A stretch of DNA of 64,000 nt from Candidatus Bathyarchaeota archaeon. Its GTDB lineage: Archaea > Thermoproteota > Bathyarchaeia > Bathyarchaeales > Bathycorpusculaceae. The stretch is from the NCBI GenBank assembly GCA_963720565.1, contig CAVRFW010000003.1:1-64000 (forward strand). Reading direction: 5' to 3'. Below, piece after piece: positions 9,381 through 18,101 of the stretch. A program made the position numbers and the translations under genes. A model generated the notes under the pieces. The model worked only from the letters and a program-made list of their open reading frames with translations, was not told the DNA's origin and ran no database searches. The first letter of the stretch is position 1. Each line of letters opens with the position of its first letter.

Positions 9381-10343
9381 GTGATGATGATGTCACTGAT
9401 TAACAGGAAAATTCACCAGAGAATTCTTGAAAAAAAGATAAAACTAGACCAATCAAGACCTCTCCCTCCAGCGCTCGTTGCAAGACTGAAAAAACAAATG
9501 ATGATCGAATACACCTACAACTCCAACGCCATCGAAGGAAACACGCTGACCCTGCGAGAAACCCAGCTGGTCATCGAAGAAGGCTTAACAGTCAACGGAA
9601 AAAGCATAACAGAAACACTCGAAGCAAAAAACCATCCGCAAGCAATCGAGTTCATCGAAAGACTCGCCGCCTCAAAAAACGAACTAACCGAAGAAGCAAT
9701 TCTCCAGCTCCACAAACAACTGATGTCAAACATCACAGAAGACGCCGGACAATATCGAACAGCGGGAGTAAGAATAACCGGAGCCACTTTCACACCACCA
9801 CCCAGCATAGAAGTCAAACCCAAAATGCAAGAACTCCTCAATTGGCTACAAGGAAATCCTGACGAACTCACGCCAATCGAACTCGCAGCCACATTCCATC
9901 ACAACTTCGTACGAATACATCCGTTTTCAGAAGGAAACGGAAGAACCGCCAGGCTGCTGATGAACGCGCTGCTCATGAAGCACAAATATCCATTCATAGT
10001 GATGATTCCGAAACTTGACCGCCCAAAATACCTCAAAACGCTCACGGAAGCAGACCTCGGAAACACGGCAAGCTTCGTGAACTTCATAGCAAGATGCGTC
10101 GAAAGAGCACTAGACATGTACCTTAACGCCATAGAAGAACCCGAAATGCTCACACTCGCCGAGGCCAGCAAAATCACACCGTACTCTCAGGAATATCTCA
10201 GCCTCATCGCCAGAAAAGGACAACTAGGCGCATACAAGCAAGGACGAAACTGGGTCGTATCCAAACAAGAACTAGAAAGATACCAAACATCCGTCCGAAG
10301 AGCCAGAAAAATCAGAAAAAACCGGCAGCCCACGCTAAACTGA
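9381..10343 (+). CDS. fic: Fic-family protein (class II autoinhibitory motif) with C-terminal excisionase-like HTH
   Basis: SNAIEGN inhibitory motif, HPFSEGNGRTAR Fic loop, C-terminal LTLAEASKITPYSQEYLSLIARKGQLGAYKQGRNWVV. Confidence 0.9.
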   Translation: MMMMSLINRKIHQRILEKKIKLDQSRPLPPALVARLKKQMMIEYTYNSNAIEGNTLTLRETQLVIEEGLTVNGKSITETLEAKNHPQAIEFIERLAASKNELTEEAILQLHKQLMSNITEDAGQYRTAGVRITGATFTPPPSIEVKPKMQELLNWLQGNPDELTPIELAATFHHNFVRIHPFSEGNGRTARLLMNALLMKHKYPFIVMIPKLDRPKYLKTLTEADLGNTASFVNFIARCVERALDMYLNAIEEPEMLTLAEASKITPYSQEYLSLIARKGQLGAYKQGRNWVVSKQELERYQTSVRRARKIRKNRQPTLN

Positions 10344-10383
10344 GGCACAATAGCTATATAGTTATGTAACTACGACGTTATGC

Positions 10384-10610
10384 ATGAGCAAATACGCGAC
10401 AATATCCGTTCCCCAAAACGTAAAGAAACGCCTCGAAAAAGCCAAAGGCAACAAAGAATGGGGAGACTTCCTCCTCGAACTATACATAGAGCGTCAGCTG
10501 CTGAAAAGCAAAAAAGCCTTCGAAGAAGCACTCAACTCCTTACCGCTGAAGACCTGGAGTCGATGACTGAATCAAGCGAAGAATTCAGGGAGAAATTCAC
10601 CTTCAAATGA
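10384..10610 (+). CDS. VapB-type antitoxin, frameshift near 10530
   Basis: YATISVPQNVKKRLEKAKG...WGDFL then alternate frame LLTAEDLESM...FREKFTFK*, overlapping vapC start. Confidence 0.72.
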
Positions 10611-10951
10611 ACCTTCTCGACACAGGCACAATCATCGAGATGCTCAAACAAAAAAGATACAGTCCAGGCGCAATCTCGCCCCTGACACTCATTGAAGTCC
10701 TACGAGGCATAGAAAGCAACAAAAGGAAAACAGTCAAGCATTTGCTAGAAGAGAGTTTCTCGGTTGTAAACATTGACAACATCACCATAGAAACATACTG
10801 CGACATCTACTGCAAACTAAAGAGAGAAGGAAAATCTTTGCCTGACGCCGATCTTCTCATAGGTGCCTTAGCAATAGCCCACAACCTGACCCTTCAGACA
10901 AATGATGAACATTTCCAGCGATTGAAACCTTTAGGCTTGAAAACCAAATAA
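10607..10951 (+). CDS. vapC: VapC PIN-domain toxin
   Basis: LLDTGTIIE, TLIEV, PDADLLIGALA, TNDEHF. Confidence 0.88.
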   Translation: MNLLDTGTIIEMLKQKRYSPGAISPLTLIEVLRGIESNKRKTVKHLLEESFSVVNIDNITIETYCDIYCKLKREGKSLPDADLLIGALAIAHNLTLQTNDEHFQRLKPLGLKTK

Positions 10952-12290
10952 TCACCGACAGCCAGTTTTCTTATTCTCTTCAAGAAAATCGTCCACTACT
11001 TTTTCGAGGCTGACTGGTCCCAGCACCACAAGCTCGTATCTAACCCTCACAACAGGCTTGTTCAAACGCATAATTCTTCTCAAATCAACCGGCGTGCCGA
11101 CCAGGACCACATCGCAGGGAACAGCATCAATGGTTTCTCTGAGCTCCGCTACTTGTTTTTCGCTGTAGCCAACCGCGGGAAGAACCTTGCCCAGATGCGG
11201 ATACAGCCTATAAGTCTCCCTTATAGAGCCAACAGCGTAAGGCTTAGGATCTACGATTTCTTTTGCCCCAAACTTTTCTGCGGCAAGCGTCGCGGCGCCG
11301 AACTTCATGTTGCCATGCGTCACCGTCGGACCATCCTCAACAACCAAAACCCGCTTACCCCTAACCAACTCAGGCTCATCCACAGTTATCGGCGAAGCCG
11401 CATCCAAAACCAGCGCACCCGGATTAACAGATTTCACATTAGCCTTCACCAGCTCCACCTTCGAAGGGTCTGCCGTGTCAACCTTGTTAACAACCACAAC
11501 ATCTGCCAGCCGCAGGTTAACCTCGCTGGGGTAATAGGTCAACTCGTCTCCCGCCCTGTGCGGATCAACAACCACCACATGCAAACTCGGCTTGAAGAAC
11601 GGCAAATCATTGTTGCCGCCATCCCAAACTATCACATCCGCCTCCTTCTCAGCCTCCCTCAGAACCCGCTCATAATCAGCACCCGCATAAACAACGCTGC
11701 CAGCGTCAATATGTGGCTCATACTCCTCCCGCTCCTCAATAGTGCACCCGGAATCGTCAAGGTCTTTGCGAGAGGCAAAACGCTGCACAATCTGCCTCTT
11801 CAAATCGCCATACGGCATCGGATGCCTAACAACCACAACCCGCAACGCCCTTCGCCTTGAGAATCCTGACGATCTGCCGCGAGGTCTGACTCTTCCCCGC
11901 CCCCGTCCGAACCGCACAAACCGAAATCACAGGCACCCTCGCTTCAAGCATGGTCGACTCGCAACCCAGCAAAGAAAAATCAGCGCCACAAGACAAAACC
12001 AAAGACGCCTTACGCATCACATCCTGATTCGAAATGTCGCTGTAAGCAAAGAAAACCTGATCAACCTGTAATTCCCTAATCAGATTCGGAAGTTCCTCTT
12101 CAGAGTAGATCGGTATGCCATCCGGATACGCTTCACCAGCAAGTTCAGGCGGGTAAACCCTGCACTGAATCCCAGGAATCTGCGCAGCCGTAAACCCCAC
12201 AACCTTATAGTCACGGTTGCTTCTGAAGTAAACATTGAAATTGTGAAAATCCCTGCCGGCGGCACCCATGATGATAATGCGCTTCTGCAT
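10952..12290 (-). CDS. COG2403 P-loop protein (cDPG-synthetase-like; probable ArcE-type arginine synthetase), frameshift near 11850
   Basis: IIMGAAGRDFHNFN, AVRTGAGKSQTSR P-loop, RHPMPYG, TIEEREEYE, WDGGNND, VEDGPTVTHG. Confidence 0.85.
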
Positions 12291-12405
12291 GCAGCATCAG
12301 GCCCAAATAGAACCTAAGGGGTTCAAACTATTAAAGACGGCACGTAAACCCTAAACTCGAACCTTGAAATCGCTGATTTTGCTGGTTTGAAAAACGAAGT
12401 CGGAG

Positions 12406-12498
12406 CTAAACGTCTCCTTCATAGTACGGGCTGTCTTCCACAGCAGACTTTTTCTGTCCGGGCTTTTTCTCCTTTTCCTTCAAATTCTTTTTCTTCAT
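12406..12498 (-). CDS. possible 30-aa small protein
   Basis: MKKKNLKEKEKKPGQKKSAVEDSPYYEGDV*, preceded by GAGG. Confidence 0.3.
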   Translation of the reverse strand: MKKKNLKEKEKKPGQKKSAVEDSPYYEGDV

Positions 12499-12694
12499 AA
12501 ACCCTCAACTAAACTGTTGTTCGACAACAAGAGAAAAACTTTTGGCCAAACCCGCCCGAGAAGAAGAAAAACAACTCTCTTTCTGCAGGATTTCCATCTG
12601 TTTTCCTTTCACAGAAAACCTCTCACAGAACGTGAATCTTCTGTGTTTGATTGGGAAAGACTTAAAAAGGTAGTACACATGACAATGTAGTACG

Positions 12695-12934
12695 TTGAAA
12701 AAGATGGAAAATGAAGTAGTAGTAACAAGAAAAGGTCAGACAACAATACCTTCCTACCTGCGCAAGAAATTCAAAATAGAAGAAGGAACAAGACTCGAAG
12801 TAATCGAAACAGAAGAAGGCATACTCCTCAAACCCAAAAAAACAATATGGGACCTAATAGGAACCGGATCAAAGTATGCCACCGCAGAAGAAATGAAAAA
12901 CCTCCTCGGCAAACTCAGGGATATGGATGAGTAG
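12695..12934 (+). CDS. AbrB/MazE/SpoVT antitoxin
   Basis: VTRKGQTTIPSYLRKKFKIEEG...EEGILLKP. Confidence 0.88.
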   Translation: MKKMENEVVVTRKGQTTIPSYLRKKFKIEEGTRLEVIETEEGILLKPKKTIWDLIGTGSKYATAEEMKNLLGKLRDMDE

Positions 12935-13310
12935 CGCAGTCTACGACTCAAGCTTCTTCATCGAGTTCTTCTACTCAAAACAAGAAAACCTGCGCAACAA
13001 AATAAAACAAGAAAGAAAACGCAAGAAAAAATACGTCTCAACAATAGCACTTCACGAAGTCTACAAGCTCTCACTCACACGCGAAGGACAAGAAACCGCC
13101 AAACTACGCGCGGCACTGCTAAAGAAGGACTTTCGAATAGTCCCAGTCGACGACCAAACCGCCCAAATCTCAGCCGAACTACGACACAAATACAACCTCA
13201 CAATGGGCGACAGCATGATAGCCGCCACAGCATCTATACTCAACGCGACATGCATCTCAGACGACCCCCACTTCAAACAAATCAAAGAAATAAAAACAAC
13301 CTGGATCTAA
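12927..13310 (+). CDS. vapC: VapC PIN-domain toxin
   Basis: VYDSSFFIE, ALHEV, MGDSMIAATA, SDDPHF; overlaps antitoxin. Confidence 0.88.
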   Translation: MSSAVYDSSFFIEFFYSKQENLRNKIKQERKRKKKYVSTIALHEVYKLSLTREGQETAKLRAALLKKDFRIVPVDDQTAQISAELRHKYNLTMGDSMIAATASILNATCISDDPHFKQIKEIKTTWI

Positions 13311-13568
13311 AACATCCCGCATGCAACACGCTCTTTCTTATTTTAGCAAAACGCGCGCCAATGCCCGCGTGCTACCTAAGACCCAACCAGTAAAGTATCC
13401 ATCCAACTATCCAAACACAAACTAGAGCTGGTAAAACCAAAAACTGTAAAGTTCTCTTCTGTTTACTAGCGGACTAGCGCGCTAAACATTCTATTATTAG
13501 CCTCCTTTACCCTAAGCAACCTTCCCAAGACTCTCCCCCTGCCCAGCTATAATTGAGACAAATAGCAT

Positions 13569-14378
13569 TTAAGCTTTCTTGAGAAACCCTTCATCCGAAT
13601 CTTGACATTCTGGAACCAACTCACAAACCTGCATCACGCGACAAAAACTCTCAGGTGTTCGCTCCTTTTTGTAAAACCTCAATGCTTCCTTGATTCGGTC
13701 AGCATCTCTTTCCCCCAATTCGTTCTTAACCGACTTGGCAACAGCGCCACCTCCAAGGAAAAGATATTGGCATACAGCTGTGATGTTTGCCGGCTTTCGA
13801 GTATCGCTCGCTGTTTCAAAATCAAAAATCCAAGGTTGTTCTGCCCCATCAACAATCAGGTGCTTTGGCGCCTTGCTGAGTTCACCATGATCCAAACCAA
13901 TCGAGTCCAAGCGCCAACACTGCCCCAAAATATTCGCCAGCACACTGCGAACAGTCCTCCTTCTGTCTATTCTTTTCAAGCCATACCGGTAGCAAGTCGC
14001 CCTCGATGAGCTGCATCAAAAGAAAATTATTGCTGCTGTCTGACCAGTTTCGGTCCAACCTGCACCGAATTAGCTTTCGCGAGCATCTCAGCCTCGTGCT
14101 GCAAGCTTACCCTGTCAGCGTCTATTCGCCGCATCTTCAAAGCCACCCTCTGCCCATTCAAATGCGCAACGACGACTATGCCAACATAGCCTTTGCCTAA
14201 GACAGGCACGTTAGAAGCACTGCCCTTCCCAGAAAACTCCACAGCCTCAACACCCAAACCCCCAAGCTCACCAACCCGGCTCTCCAGCTCAGCCTCGCTA
14301 GCTCTGGGATAACACAGTATCAGATGCGTACGGCTCTTTCCTCAAGTCCTCTAAAGCGACCGTGGCTGGCGCTCTCAA
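13569..14378 (-). CDS. archaeal Ser/Thr protein kinase (COG2112-like), several frameshifts
   Basis: Fragments EPYAS/ILCYP, LGKGYVGIV, VALKMRR, EAEML, DHGELS, IFDFETAS in successive frames. Confidence 0.75.
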
Positions 14379-14570
14379 AGTTCCGGTCCCTCCCCTCCAA
14401 CGCCTTGTAGAATGTATGCAACACGAATTTATAGAGAACTGCACAAGTTCAGTCAAAAGGAAGCATAAAAGACAGAAAGCAGTACAGCCCAAAAAACCAC
14501 TTTCAAAATCCAAATCGAACTGACCAGCTACTTATACATCAGAAACACACACAATACTTGATGATTCCAG

Positions 14571-14729
14571 TTGCAATACAGAATAGTAACTATCGACAAA
14601 AGAGGACGAATCACTCTGCCTAAGGAATGGCGAGACAAGTATCTCATAGGAAACAAGGTAATCATAACCTGCAAAGAAAAAACAATAGTGATTCGGTCAG
14701 CCATCAAACCTCCTCCGGAAAGCGTTTAG
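14571..14729 (+). CDS. orphan AbrB/MazE/SpoVT DNA-binding protein (52 aa, not in ORF track)
   Basis: MQYRIVTIDKRGRITLPKEWRDKYLIGNKVIITCKEKTIVIR. Confidence 0.75.
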   Translation: MQYRIVTIDKRGRITLPKEWRDKYLIGNKVIITCKEKTIVIRSAIKPPPESV

Positions 14730-14805
14730 AGAAAACCCAGTAGACTTTGAGTCAAGCCTTTCTGATTGGCGTAAAGTGTGAAATGAACTGAAGAATGTTA
14801 AGGCT

Positions 14806-15441
14806 TCAGAATGATTCTATGCTGTTGAGCCAGGACCTCGCTATCAATTCGTGCCCAGCCTGCGTCGGATGAACTCCATCCAGCGACCAAAACTCCGGCG
14901 CCGCTCGCTTCGCCGCTTCCGCGAAAATCGAACCCAAAGGAACCAGAACAGCCCCAAACTCCTTAGCCAACTTTCCAACCACTCTGATCCTCAAATCAAC
15001 ATCCTCCATTAAAGGCATCACCTCTTTCGAAACCGGCAGCAAAAAAGGCTCCATCAAAACTAACTGAGCGTCAAGGTTCCCTCGGGTTAGCTCAAGGATG
15101 CTTACGTAGTCCGCTTCGAAGCTTTCTACAGATGCAGGCTCGTTCCAAAACAACCCTCCAAACGCGTCATTTATTCCAACCAGAATCGAGACAACATCAG
15201 GCTTCAGGCTCAAACAATCCTCCTGCCAGCGTTCTTTCAGATCTCTGATTCTATCTGCGCTTACCCCGCGATTCAGAAACACTACATCAGCTTTAGGGTG
15301 TTTAGCAGAAAACCATTCCGCCACCATAGCCGCGTAACCAGCCCCGAGATCACCCAGATCCCAGTAGTCTCTGCCCGCGTCGGTGATGCTGTCACCCTGA
15401 AAAAGAACCGTTGCCCCCGATCGAATCTTCATAAGCATCAC
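14806..15441 (-). CDS. SGNH/GDSL hydrolase
   Basis: FQGDSITD, NRGVS, GIND, DGVHPTQAGH. Confidence 0.92.
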   Translation of the reverse strand: MMLMKIRSGATVLFQGDSITDAGRDYWDLGDLGAGYAAMVAEWFSAKHPKADVVFLNRGVSADRIRDLKERWQEDCLSLKPDVVSILVGINDAFGGLFWNEPASVESFEADYVSILELTRGNLDAQLVLMEPFLLPVSKEVMPLMEDVDLRIRVVGKLAKEFGAVLVPLGSIFAEAAKRAAPEFWSLDGVHPTQAGHELIARSWLNSIESF

Positions 15442-15457
15442 TCCTACGCATTCAAAG

Positions 15458-16225
15458 CTAAGAGTTTAGCGCACGTTTCTTCTTGAGAGACGCCAACTTG
15501 ACAATCTCTTCCTTTCTAACGTTTCCCCTGTTCAACTCCAGATTCTCCAAGAGTCTCTGCCCCAACGGCGACCTGACGATCACAGTGGAGTAGCCTTCCT
15601 CGCTGCCCACCGAACCAACCGAAACATCCGAGCACTCAGCCGTGAAATCCGAACACCGACTGCACCCCTTCTCGACCGCAGCCTTCAAATCTTTCACGCT
15701 GACCCCGCTGTCTTTTCCGTCTACCCGCACAATAAACTTGCCCTTGCGAATCTGCGTCCTCTCAGCCCCATCCAAATCAACCCCCAACAGCCTCAGCATC
15801 TCCTCCCTGAGCTTCTCGTAGTTGAACGCTTCAAAACAGAACAGCCCAATCAGCGTCAACTCCAAACCCGGACAATTCTCACCAAGACTTGCTCTGCAGC
15901 TTTCTCGTCGCTCGGACCTGACAGGGAGTGCCAACAACCGCGACCCTCCGCCTACCCGCCTCAACCAGACCCCTCAACTTGGCAGCTGTGTTCACCCGCA
16001 GATACTTCGTCCCCCTCGCCTTCAACACGCCATCAACAGTCTCAGCCACGACAGCCTCAGCCCGATAACCCTTCCCTCGCTGCACCACGACGGCACAATC
16101 AAACAACCCCCTCTCTAAACCCGCAGCCAACAAGGCAGCTAACCACGCCACCATCCTGTCCGCCTTCCACAAGACTCTTGGCAGAAAAAACCTCAAAACA
16201 AACCCCCAACACCCTCATCCGACAT
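15458..16225 (-). CDS. F420 hydrogenase/dehydrogenase beta subunit (FrhB/FdhB)-like, frameshifted
   Basis: ARGTKY, VGTPCQ, IGLFCFEAF, GCSRCSDFTAECSDVSVGSVGS, GYSTVIVRS across frames. Confidence 0.8.
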
Positions 16226-16462
16226 TTTCTTCAAAGATTGCCGGTTGCTCTGTTCATCGGGTTCTTTCAAGGTAAACCACACTCATAACAGCTGGAACGT
16301 GAAAATACATTATCGCCAGAGTTCCTTTATTGTTTTCTATCCGACCTCTTCCACCAACCACCCGAGCACCCGAGCCATGTTTTGCCAAAAATAATATTGT
16401 GTTCTTCAGAATACGCCTCTTAAGTACACAACCAATTCTGAAGTCAACAAGAGGTTGAGAAC

Positions 16463-16555
16463 TTGAAGTGCCCAGTATGCAGCGGAAAACTAGCCATCGA
16501 CTCAAAGATGAGACTGGCAAACTGCCTCACATGCGGCTGGAAAAAAAGCCTCTAA
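16463..16555 (+). CDS. 30-aa zinc-finger microprotein (not in ORF track)
   Basis: MKCPVCSGKLAIDSKMRLANCLTCGWKKSL*, TTG start after GAGGT RBS. Confidence 0.62.
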   Translation: MKCPVCSGKLAIDSKMRLANCLTCGWKKSL

Positions 16556-16648
16556 AACCCAAACACGTTCTCTCAAACAAGGCGCAGATAACGAACCAGT
16601 TTAATAGTCTCTTCTCGTAATTGAAAGGATAATTCAGGGGCATAATGG

Positions 16649-17372
16649 ATGTTCGCTATCGGCCACTTCGCCTTAGGCTACCTCACCGGAAAAGCAATCG
16701 CCAAACCACTACACATTCAACTAAACATGACCCTGCTGCTCACGGCCTCTGTCATCCCCGACGTCGACCTGCTCCTCAGATTCCTCGACCACAGAGGACC
16801 AACACACTCACTAATCACAATCGCCATCCTCATGACCCCCTTCCTAATCTACTACAGAAAAACAGCCTTACCATACGCCGTCGCACTCGCTTCCCACTCA
16901 ATGATAGGCGACCTCATCGGCGGCACCCAACTCCTATGGCCCCTCTCAACAAGAGAATACGGCGCACTAGACGTGTATGTCAGCGGGTCTTTCAGCGTCA
17001 CTTTGGAACTGATTCTCTTCATAATCTTCATTAGCCCTCATGCTAAAAACAAGAGACCTGCAAAGAATCACCACCAGCAACTACAGAATACTCCTACTCC
17101 TACCCCTCGGAGCCACCATAGGACCCCTGCTAGCAGTAGGCCGAGGACCCGAATACGCCCTCCCAACACTACTCATAATCCCCAGCCTATTCTACATAGC
17201 CATATTCACCTATACTCTTGTGGTGCGCCCTTCCAAAAAGAGCGCCAGCGAAATCAAAAAACACGAAACAAAAGAGTTGACCCAAGCTATCGACGAGATG
17301 AAAAAACTGCTAAGCAAGATCCCCAGCAAAGAAATCGTGAAGGCTATACGCGACTCAAGAGACCAAAGATGA
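16649..17372 (+). CDS. membrane-bound metal-dependent hydrolase (YdjM/DUF457-like), frameshift near 17035
   Basis: GH, IPDVD, HRGPTHSL, SHSMIGD, LLWPL with hydrophobic helices. Confidence 0.8.
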
Positions 17373-17409
17373 AATAGCTAAAGAAAAGCAGAAAAAACTG
17401 AAGTCAGAT

Positions 17410-17533
17410 CGCAAAGATGCTTTCTATTCTTCTTCGAGAATCTTCTGAAGTAAGGCTAAGTCTCTGAGAACTCTTCTATTTCGGAGATAGCTTCAAGAAT
17501 CTGAGCGACATAAACCTTGAAGTCCTTCCTCAT
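17410..17533 (-). pseudogene. truncated HepT/DUF86 HEPN toxin remnant
   Basis: MRKDFKVYVAQILEAISEIEEFSET* overlapping the MNT stop; no RxxxxH region follows. Confidence 0.62.
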
Positions 17534-17838
17534 ACTTGCACAATCTCATTTAATATCTGATCTTTCATTAAGGGCAGCAGAGCCCCTTTCTGAACCAAAT
17601 CTACCTTCACACCTAACTTTTTCCTAATGAATTCCTGCACTTCAATGAACCTGTAGACGCCAATCGACTCCGAGAATGTAACCAAAATGTCTATGTCACT
17701 ACTTCTTGTTTGTTCTCCACGGGAGTAAGAACCGAATATGCCAATAGTCTCCACTTTGTAACGCTCTCTAAGAATTGGTTTGATAGCCTCCAGCTTAGCT
17801 TTGAACTCTCCAAGGGTACTCATTCTTGAACGGTACAC
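17530..17838 (-). CDS. minimal nucleotidyltransferase (MNT antitoxin)
   Basis: GIFGSYSRGEQTRSSDIDILV, KVDLV. Confidence 0.9.
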   Translation of the reverse strand: MYRSRMSTLGEFKAKLEAIKPILRERYKVETIGIFGSYSRGEQTRSSDIDILVTFSESIGVYRFIEVQEFIRKKLGVKVDLVQKGALLPLMKDQILNEIVQV

Positions 17839-18101
17839 TCACATCAATATAGTGTAGTTCCAAGTATTTTTTTCACTCTACACTGATAGCGTCGAGTAAG
17901 AAGACCGGTTGCTAATCCGCTGACGAGAATAGTGAGCCTGATGAACTCGGGAAAACCATTAAAAGTTGAGTTCGCAATTCCCAGCTCAGCAAGAGAAATT
18001 GCAGTTGGAAAGAAATTTAGTCCCTCATCAGCATAGAGGAAATTGAGTAAGGTTAATGAAGGGCGCACTTTCAGCAGAAATGTTTTGAAGGCGGTCGAAA
18101 A

